A stretch of DNA of 47,173 nt from Patescibacteria group bacterium (GTDB lineage Bacteria; Patescibacteriota; Patescibacteriia; PEXW01), in assembly GCA_041665345.1 (NCBI GenBank), contig JBAYJA010000004.1, positions 114,122 to 161,294 of the forward strand, given 5' to 3'. The translations under genes were made by a program, and so were the position numbers. Positions 40,948-47,173 of this stretch are shown here, one piece after another. The notes below the pieces were generated by a model. That model was not told the DNA's origin. It made no database searches and saw only the letters and a program-made list of their open reading frames with translations. How positions within the stretch are numbered: the first letter of the stretch is position 1; every line of letters begins with the position of its first letter.

Positions 40948-42540
40948 TTAGCCAATTTCGTCCCGCTTCTCCCGCAAGAAAGAGAACCACTCTTCAACGA
41001 CTTCCACGAAGATTTTGAAGGGCGCTTCAATGATGAAATCCAGAATGAAGCTGAAGAGGTTGAATTTGGGAATTTTCTTGGAAAACCACCGGCCCACCCG
41101 GAGAATGGGGAGGGAGAAGAAATCCAAGAGGAGCATGAAGAGATTTTCTCGTCGGTCCAGGATAACCAAATCCCGCACCACCAGCCGGACGCGCATGCCA
41201 AAGAAGCTGATGACCGAGAGGAAGAAGAGGAAAATGAGAATGCTAATCCAGGTGAATTGCAAAGACAGGAGCAGCCAAGCAATGCCGCCGAAGCTCAAGA
41301 CGAACGTGGCCAGGTAGGCAAGCGTGAACACGAAATTTGTTACCGAACGACGGCGACGCGGCCGGTGCTTTTTCCCAAACACTTGGCGTGGTGAACTTGG
41401 ATTCAAAATTTCACGCACGGCAAGGACCACCCGTTCGGTATTCTCTTTCCCCGGGACCACGGCACTGAGCCCAATGAATGCCATGAGCACCGGATGGAAG
41501 GTGGCGTTGATGTAGAGCGGGAGCAACGCATGGTTCCGGAAGAAGAGCAGTTCAATGGGCAATTCCACCAAGAGCGCCAAGAACATTTTGGTAATGAAGA
41601 TGTACACAATGCTCCGGACCGTGGTTCGGCGCAAGCGGGTCCGCACCAATTTCACCCGGTCGCCCATAGCCTTCCGCACGGTCTCATCCATCAAATCGGG
41701 ATTCATGACCAGCGTGCGCTCTTGGCCAGCGTTCGTCCGCAGCACGTCTGCCAGCGTAATGAAGGAGATGGCGTACCGACGGCAAATGCTCAACATCCGT
41801 TCGGACAGCGGATGATTGATGCGTCGTTCAATCCCTTCCACCAAGCTAGCAAAGTGGGTTCGGACTTCCTCAGTGATTTTATGGTCTGGATTCCGCCAAG
41901 TCGGATACGCCCAGGTGAACAAATGGTACCGCAGGGTTGCTTCGTCAGACTTCAGCAACGCGCGGTGCATGGCCAGGTAGACCAGCACATCCTGCTCTTG
42001 ACCTGTCGGAACCTCATCCGGAAGCACAATGTTATTCCGCAATGTTCCGTACATCACTTCTACCAATGCATCTTCCCGCGTGGTTGGTGACAAGCGCTCT
42101 TCCACATCTGCAGATGCCACGCTCAGAATCCAACCAATGTGCTTCCGGTCTTCCGGGCTGGTCCGGTGCAGCTGCAGGTGGTCAAGGAGCGACAAGTACC
42201 GGTCAATGTAGTTCTGGACAATAGGTATGAGCGACTCCGGCAGTTTATCATTGGGTAAGTAGCGCGCGCGGATGAGCTCATGCACCAGGAGCTTCGCATC
42301 AATGAGCTTTCGGTTCTCCACCAAGTACCGCCGACGGAGAATCCGCTCAATGGCATTCCGGCGGAGCAAATGCTCTTCCCGGAAATCAATAGAGTTCCGC
42401 ACTTTTTCGTACACGTAGGCCAGTTTGCTGATGACCTCATTGAGCTTAATCCGTGGCACGCCCGGCAAGGCCTCCAGGTTGGGTAGAGGTTTTTCGTACG
42501 AAGTAATGAGTTTTTCTACACTCTGTGGGTAAGAAGCCAT
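40948..42540 (-). CDS. hypothetical polytopic membrane protein (530 aa)
   Basis: Soluble helical N-terminal half of about 300 aa, then about 6 TM helices. No motif identified with confidence. Confidence 0.7.
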   Translation of the reverse strand: MASYPQSVEKLITSYEKPLPNLEALPGVPRIKLNEVISKLAYVYEKVRNSIDFREEHLLRRNAIERILRRRYLVENRKLIDAKLLVHELIRARYLPNDKLPESLIPIVQNYIDRYLSLLDHLQLHRTSPEDRKHIGWILSVASADVEERLSPTTREDALVEVMYGTLRNNIVLPDEVPTGQEQDVLVYLAMHRALLKSDEATLRYHLFTWAYPTWRNPDHKITEEVRTHFASLVEGIERRINHPLSERMLSICRRYAISFITLADVLRTNAGQERTLVMNPDLMDETVRKAMGDRVKLVRTRLRRTTVRSIVYIFITKMFLALLVELPIELLFFRNHALLPLYINATFHPVLMAFIGLSAVVPGKENTERVVLAVREILNPSSPRQVFGKKHRPRRRRSVTNFVFTLAYLATFVLSFGGIAWLLLSLQFTWISILIFLFFLSVISFFGMRVRLVVRDLVILDRRENLFMLLLDFFSLPILRVGRWFSKKIPKFNLFSFILDFIIEAPFKIFVEVVEEWFSFLREKRDEIG

Positions 42541-42708
42541 AGGGAAACAAAAAAGGCGACTACCTATACTTTACAGGCTGCCAGACTGAATGGGAAGCGG
42601 GTGATACGCTGCTCAGGCGGTTTTAAGACCCAATTCCAATTTCTGAATGCGGATTTCAGCATCCCGGAGATGTTACCGCATGACGGTGCATTCCTGATTG
42701 AGGTCTGT

Positions 42709-42960
42709 CTAAATTTTGACAAACCGGTCGACTGACGTTGTGAACGTCTCAAATTTTTGTTCCATAACCAGGAGCTTTCTTTCCTGCGCGACAAGAGTTT
42801 CTTTCACAATGAGCAGGTCTTTACCGAGTGTACCCACGGTTACTTGTACAGCCTGAAAGTTCTCACTCATTTCATCAAAACCACGTTTCGCGGAGCCTAA
42901 AATATACTCCGCGTGTGCTTCTAAACGTTTGTCTAATTCTTCGAGGGTGAGGGCACTCAT
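42709..42960 (-). CDS. small coiled-coil hypothetical protein
   Basis: ATG at 42960 (MSALTLEELDK). The ORF-track start at 42966 is a TTG. Confidence 0.5.
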   Translation of the reverse strand: MSALTLEELDKRLEAHAEYILGSAKRGFDEMSENFQAVQVTVGTLGKDLLIVKETLVAQERKLLVMEQKFETFTTSVDRFVKI

Positions 42961-43187
42961 GGGCAATCTGTACTGTACTAAGCGGGTTCATTTTTTGTCA
43001 ATTTAATGTGTCTAGCAGCACAGCTTATGAAAAGTACTTTGATTGCTACACGGGGGTCTCCAGGAACGAACTCTACGACCACCTATACGCCCTACCTACA
43101 ATTGACAAAAAGGAGATACTTTGCTACGTTAGCCTGAAAATGAAAAGTCCTTCACATTCATCTTCCACACACGCAGAGGAGGAAATC

Positions 43188-43724
43188 ATGCGTAAAGTAA
43201 TGTTGATGTCTACCCTTTTACTACTCTTCATCCTTGCGATTCCTGTGCAAGTATCGGCTGGCCTGAGGATTGTGGCAAAGGCCTCAGTTGACAGCCAAAC
43301 TGTTCAGGGAGTATCGACTGCCGTTGCGAACGGCGTGAACAAGAAAAAAATGCTGCTTTGGAAGCAATACCAGGCTCCTTACTCCGGCTACCAAGCGGTT
43401 ATCACAATGGATGGGAAACGGTATACCATCTACATCTCAAATCGCTCGGGATTACCGGATTCAACCAACCTGGACCTAATCTCAATTTGGGTTCGGCCGG
43501 AGGGTACGACCGGGCAAAAAGTACTCACGACCTGGACGGACTACAATTTCGATGGATCGGTTGATTGGGCGCTTGGTCCGCTCGATTGGGGGACATTTGG
43601 TTCATCCGAACCACTCGATTTCAGATCAGACACCTCCCTTGTGGTTCTGAATAACAAAGGACCATTTCAATTGCTGCACAACGATACGATCATAAAACTT
43701 GCAATGTTTTTCCAAAAGAAGTGA
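43188..43724 (+). CDS. secreted hypothetical protein
   Basis: GAGGAGG 5 nt before the ATG at 43188. Signal peptide MRKVMLMSTLLLLFILAIPVQVSA. Confidence 0.65.
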   Translation: MRKVMLMSTLLLLFILAIPVQVSAGLRIVAKASVDSQTVQGVSTAVANGVNKKKMLLWKQYQAPYSGYQAVITMDGKRYTIYISNRSGLPDSTNLDLISIWVRPEGTTGQKVLTTWTDYNFDGSVDWALGPLDWGTFGSSEPLDFRSDTSLVVLNNKGPFQLLHNDTIIKLAMFFQKK

Positions 43725-43755
43725 AATTACGATCGTCCCGATTGTACCTAAACAC

Positions 43756-43788
43756 AGAGTCTATTCCTACCAAGGAGTAGACTCTTTT
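43756..43788 (+). terminator. rho-independent terminator
   Basis: AGAGTCTA / TAGACTCT stem followed by TTTT. Confidence 0.6.
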
Positions 43789-43803
43789 AAAAACTATTAT
43801 TTC

Positions 43804-43828
43804 GATTGGTGCACGGGGGTGGCCAATG
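43804..43828. repeat. 25-nt duplicate of the tRNA-His 3' end plus trailer
   Basis: GATTGGTGCACGGGGGTGGCCAATG is identical to 44790-44814. Confidence 0.85.
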
Positions 43829-43895
43829 CCCGCCCGACACGCTCCCGCCTGCGATGACGGGATGTCGGGTAGGTTGCTTGCGCAGCGGGAAAGAA
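43829..43895. other. GC-rich hairpin block abutting the tRNA-His fragment
   Basis: CCCGACA...TGTCGGG enclosing TCCCG...CGGGA. Shares CCGCCCGAC-CGC and TTGCGCAGCG strings with the tRNA-Arg array. Confidence 0.4.
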
Positions 43896-44121
43896 CACTT
43901 TTTACCTCGCACATTCAGCCATACGCGCACTTGACATGCGTCATTAGGTGTTGTAAGGTGTGCGGTTATTAAGAACCTTGAAAAATCGTTAGCATTTGTC
44001 TGCTATCAAGAATAGGAATGGCTCAGCCCAGCACCTTTGCGCTAACTACCATAGAGAAAATTACACCTTGTTATCACCATAAACCCAGATCATCCACGAT
44101 GTGGAGGAACGGAGTGTTTGT

Positions 44122-44628
44122 ATGCGAGGCTATGTGCGCATCGCAGTAGTCGTCATGGTGGCTCTGACCATCGTCTTTTTATCATCCTTGCCGGCGGCAG
44201 CAACTCATTTGACCGAGGCGCAACTCATGGCAGAACCACTCGATACCGGGATGGTTATCCAGTTCGACCAGGTGGAAATGGTTCGATTTGAACCACGCAT
44301 CTGGTCAGACAGAAGCATTGGTGTCGTTTTTCTCTACACCGATTCAACCACCGAGGACGGAAAGAAAGTTCGCAATGTTTATCGGTATGATATCGATGAC
44401 ACATCGACGGTGTGGGTGATATTTAATATGGATGACAACGAGGTGGGTGATAATACTGCCTCTGTTGGTCTCCATGACGTGAACCGCCCCAATGAGGCTT
44501 TCGGACGGAGATCCTCCCCCGAAAAGAGGCTCGTACCAACCCTCTACATTAATTTAACAGATGTAGAAAGGGCAATAAGTCTCTTTCAGAAGTTGCCGGG
44601 AGTATTTTTACTTAATTTTAGCGACTAG
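44122..44628 (+). CDS. hypothetical signal-anchored protein (168 aa)
   Basis: ATG at 44122 (MRGYVRIAVVVMVALTIVFLSSLPAAA). The only gene between the two 25-nt repeats. Confidence 0.55.
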   Translation: MRGYVRIAVVVMVALTIVFLSSLPAAATHLTEAQLMAEPLDTGMVIQFDQVEMVRFEPRIWSDRSIGVVFLYTDSTTEDGKKVRNVYRYDIDDTSTVWVIFNMDDNEVGDNTASVGLHDVNRPNEAFGRRSSPEKRLVPTLYINLTDVERAISLFQKLPGVFLLNFSD

Positions 44629-44657
44629 TTTCAAGAGGCCGTGGAAACACGACCGAA

Positions 44658-44690
44658 AGCCCTTTGGAATATTTCCCCTGGGCTTTTTTT
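44658..44690 (+). terminator. probable rho-independent terminator
   Basis: AGCCC / GGGCT stem followed by TTTTTTT. Confidence 0.5.
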
Positions 44691-44789
44691 ACACCAAAAA
44701 ACTCTACCTTTTTTTGGCAGCCGTCCTCGCCCTTCGAGTCCCACATACTTTACTCCAATGACGCACCTAATGCCTGAAAAAGAGTTTTT

Positions 44790-44814
44790 GATTGGTGCAC
44801 GGGGGTGGCCAATG
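44790..44814. repeat. 25-nt repeat copy overlapping the tRNA-His 3' end
   Basis: Covers the last 11 nt of the tRNA (44804-44814) plus 14 nt of trailer. Confidence 0.85.
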
Positions 44815-44876
44815 GGACTCGAACCCACAACCACTGGTACCACAAACCAGTGCTCTACCATTGAGCTATGGCCACC
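44804..44876 (-). tRNA. tRNA-His (anticodon GTG) with encoded G-1
   Basis: The reverse complement reads G-GTGGCCA-TA-GCTC..GAGC, anticodon arm CTGGT-TTGTGGT-ACCAG, T arm GTGGG-TTCGAGT-CCCAT, then TGGCCAC-C. The 3' flank reads CCC, so CCA is not fully encoded. Confidence 0.9.
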
Positions 44877-44939
44877 CCCCTATATCAATCACATGACAAA
44901 GGACTTCTCTCAGTGTACCCAGAGGTAGCAGTGTACGCA

Positions 44940-44968
44940 ACGGCTGAGATCGTGTCAACAAAAAAAAC
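44940..44968 (-). promoter_or_regulatory. promoter for tRNA-His
   Basis: Minus strand reads TTGACA (44963-44968), 17 nt, TACACT (44940-44945). Confidence 0.5.
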
Positions 44969-45005
44969 CAAGTGCGGTTCTACACTTGGAGCGTCTGTAT
45001 GAAAA

Positions 45006-45815
45006 TTACTTCGCCTTCCGCCGGAAAATGGTGGTGGTGACGGTCAGGCCGACCACTAAAATAATGCAGCTCCACACCACTGTCCACCCCACGTGGTTGC
45101 CCACTGGAGTACCCACTAGCAGAGCGCGGATGGCTTCAATGAGGTGGGTGAGTGGCTGGTTCTCAGCGAAGACGCGCAGCCACGAGGGCATAGTACTCAC
45201 GGGCACGAACGCGCTGCTCACGAAGGTGAGCGGGAAAATAAGGATGAAGCCAAACTGCTGGACGAACTGGATGGATTTGCCAACCAACGCCACCAGGACG
45301 AAGAGCCACGAGAGGGAGTACGAAAAGAACAGCAACAGGGCGATGGCCAGCACCCACTCACTGGGGCTTGCTTCGGGCCGGAAGCCAACAGCCAAACCTG
45401 CGCCAACCATCACTGCGGTTGCCAGCAGGTTGCGGAATAAGTCGGCCGTCACGTGTCCCGTGAGCACTGCGCTCTTCACCATGGGCAAAGACCGAAACCG
45501 ATCCATAATGCCTTTTTCCAAATCAATGGCCACGCTGTAACTAGACATGGTTGAGCCGAACGCTGCCGTCTGCACGAAGATGCCAGCCATGAGGAAGTTG
45601 ACGTAGCTCACGCCACCCGTATCAATGGCTCCACCAAAGACGTAGCGGAACAGCACCACGAACATAATTGGCTGGATGGTGAGACCCAGCAGCTGCTCCG
45701 GGTCTTGCCGGATTTGCAGCAAGCTCCGCTTGACCATGACCCAGCTATCAATGAAGAACCAGGTGAGGCCTGAGTGTTTTTGCTGCGGGATTTTGCTCGC
45801 AATAGTTGTAGACAT
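45006..45815 (-). CDS. ABC-2 type exporter permease (DrrB-like)
   Basis: 6 TM helices and an ABC-2 membrane layout. The ATG shares one base with the upstream TAA (TAATG). Confidence 0.85.
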   Translation of the reverse strand: MSTTIASKIPQQKHSGLTWFFIDSWVMVKRSLLQIRQDPEQLLGLTIQPIMFVVLFRYVFGGAIDTGGVSYVNFLMAGIFVQTAAFGSTMSSYSVAIDLEKGIMDRFRSLPMVKSAVLTGHVTADLFRNLLATAVMVGAGLAVGFRPEASPSEWVLAIALLLFFSYSLSWLFVLVALVGKSIQFVQQFGFILIFPLTFVSSAFVPVSTMPSWLRVFAENQPLTHLIEAIRALLVGTPVGNHVGWTVVWSCIILVVGLTVTTTIFRRKAK

Positions 45816-46768
45816 TATGGTTTCTCCTCGGTTTTTATCTCGGCTTCGTGACCAGTGAGCTTCAAGAACACGTCGTCCAACGTGGGCCGGTGGGTAGCAA
45901 TGCTCTTCACGTTAATGTGCGCTTCATCAAACTGGTCAAGAATGGATCGCAGTTGGTGCACACCGTGCTCAACCGGGAATTTCATCGTCCGTGTTGCCGC
46001 ATTGTGCTGGACCGCCTGCGTGCCAAGCTCAGCCACGGCTTTGGTAAAGTCCGCGTCGTTCTCCATTTCCACTGCCAGCTGCTCGCGGCCCACTTTGTCT
46101 TTGAGCTCATCGGCCGTGCCCATAGCAATCACCACGCCGTTGTCAATAACAGCAATCGTATCTGCCAGCCGGTCTGCTTCTTCTAAGTACTGCGTCGTCA
46201 GGAGAATGGTGGTCCCCTCCTTCACGAGTTCCTCAATAATCGTCCACATGGTGTTGCGGCTGTGCGGGTCCAGGCCAGTCGTGGGCTCGTCCAGGAAAAT
46301 GATCGGCGGCGTCACAATCAAACTAGCAGCCAAGTCCAGACGGCGACGCATCCCACCAGAGTACTTCTTCACCGCCCTGCCCGCGGCATCTAGCAGTTCA
46401 AACCGCTGCAGCAGTTCCTGGGCGCGGCGCTTCGCATCGGCGGCGCTAATGTGATAGAGCCGGCCAATAATTTCCAAATTTTCCCGGCCGGTGAGCTTCT
46501 CATCCACAGCCGCAAACTGGCCCGTAAGGCCAATGATCCCCCGAACCTCCTGCGCCTGCGATTTCACGTCAAAACCGCCAACGGTTGCAGTGCCGCCATC
46601 AAGCTGTAGGAGAGTTGAAAGGATACGCACAATGGTTGTCTTCCCAGCGCCATTTGGCCCCAGTAGAGCAAAAACCGTGCCCGCGGGTACTTCCAGGTTA
46701 ATCCCCTTCAGGACATGGTTTTCCCCAAAGGATTTATGGACGTTGGTGGCGGATATGGCGACAGACAT
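45815..46768 (-). CDS. ABC transporter ATP-binding protein (DrrA-like)
   Basis: Walker A GPNGAGKTT, signature YSGGMRRR, Walker B IIFLDEPTTGLD. Confidence 0.9.
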   Translation of the reverse strand: MSVAISATNVHKSFGENHVLKGINLEVPAGTVFALLGPNGAGKTTIVRILSTLLQLDGGTATVGGFDVKSQAQEVRGIIGLTGQFAAVDEKLTGRENLEIIGRLYHISAADAKRRAQELLQRFELLDAAGRAVKKYSGGMRRRLDLAASLIVTPPIIFLDEPTTGLDPHSRNTMWTIIEELVKEGTTILLTTQYLEEADRLADTIAVIDNGVVIAMGTADELKDKVGREQLAVEMENDADFTKAVAELGTQAVQHNAATRTMKFPVEHGVHQLRSILDQFDEAHINVKSIATHRPTLDDVFLKLTGHEAEIKTEEKP

Positions 46769-46816
46769 AAGAGTACAAATACAATATCATACTAAAGCGG
46801 TATGAGTATAGTGTGG

Positions 46817-46846
46817 AAAAAAACGGGCCTGCTGGTGCAGACCCGT
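46817..46846 (-). terminator. terminator/attenuator hairpin between a 20-codon ORF and the ABC exporter genes
   Basis: Minus-strand RNA ACGGGUCUGC-ACCA-GCAGGCCCGU (10 bp including one G-U) followed by U7. On the plus strand the same stem has a C-A mismatch. Confidence 0.55.
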
Positions 46847-46872
46847 GTGTAGGTTAAGCGGAAAGCCACCTA

Positions 46873-46935
46873 CTATTCGTCATCTTGCCAGGGATGAGCA
46901 CTGTAAATCGAGATAAGCCAATTCCACCAGAACAT
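46873..46935 (-). CDS. possible 20-aa Trp-rich leader peptide
   Basis: AAGGAG 9 nt before the ATG. MFWWNWLISIYSAHPWQDDE. Followed 26 nt later by the hairpin at 46823-46846. Confidence 0.3.
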   Translation of the reverse strand: MFWWNWLISIYSAHPWQDDE

Positions 46936-47082
46936 CGTCAGTTACTCCTTTCTCGTCTTGAAATTGTGAGGGACTATTCCTGTACCCAAAAAGTGTACAG
47001 GGGCGGTTAAGGTACTACTTGTTGTCCTCTATTCTAGGGATAAATTCCTGCATATGCAAGTTCCAGACTGCAATTGATTCTT

Positions 47083-47111
47083 TTGACCTTCTGTGCAACC
47101 TTTGGTACAGT
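47083..47111 (+). promoter_or_regulatory. promoter for a rightward gene starting at the window edge
   Basis: TTGACC (47083-47088), 17 nt, TACAGT (47106-47111). GAAAGGAGAG plus TTG lies at the very end of the window. Confidence 0.35.
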
Positions 47112-47173
47112 GGTCAACCATAATACAAAAGGGCAGTTATCTTACAACGGAGAAAGGAGAGTACTTTGAAAAA

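Noticed and set aside
1-47173. CRISPR arrays, diversity-generating retroelement repeats, IS elements and prophage genes
   Set aside because: I saw no regularly spaced direct repeats with unique spacers, no reverse transcriptase or template/variable repeat pair, no transposase, and no capsid, terminase or tail motifs. This scan was by eye and is not exhaustive.

Overview
The window is 47.2 kb of compact bacterial chromosome. About 45 CDSs have short gaps and frequent start/stop overlaps (ATGA, TAATG). There are three tRNA genes (Arg-TCT, Lys-CTT, His-GTG). I see no rRNA, CRISPR array, transposase or phage structural genes. Housekeeping genes I recognise are glycerophosphodiester phosphodiesterase, a Xer-type tyrosine recombinase, a membrane metallophosphoesterase, two Nudix proteins, an HD phosphohydrolase, PPK2, thioredoxin reductase, a NYN/LabA protein, NfeD-flotillin, and two ABC systems (a TauB/SsuB-like importer and a DrrAB-like exporter). 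Envelope and surface content is heavy. It includes three co-oriented prepilin-like genes (two very large, one with Cys-rich repeats), a 1032-aa repeat adhesin, a repeat secreted protein, and a substrate-binding protein fused to an OmpA-like domain. This suits an uncultivated small-genome bacterium, but the lineage cannot be fixed from this window. The most notable items are: (1) a 2.7-kb AT-richer cassette bounded by 18/19-nt direct repeats just 3' of the tRNA-Arg locus, carrying a class-II-terpene-cyclase-like gene, a polyprenyl-synthase-like gene and an XRE regulator, with no recombinase inside; (2) the tRNA-Arg gene embedded in a promoter-driven, ~110-nt-periodic array of tRNA-derived GC-rich units whose outermost ends form a perfect acceptor stem plus ACCA; (3) a 25-nt duplication of the tRNA-His 3' end bracketing a 1-kb single-gene insert; (4) identical terminator hairpins reused around single-gene modules; (5) at least five genes with a -10 hexamer 6-7 nt from the ATG and no Shine-Dalgarno, suggesting leaderless mRNAs; (6) an ARC/Mpa-like coiled-coil/OB/AAA+ ATPase with no proteasome context; (7) a Trp-rich 20-codon ORF plus a terminator hairpin ahead of the ABC-2 exporter. 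All functional calls come from motif recognition by eye. No database search was run.
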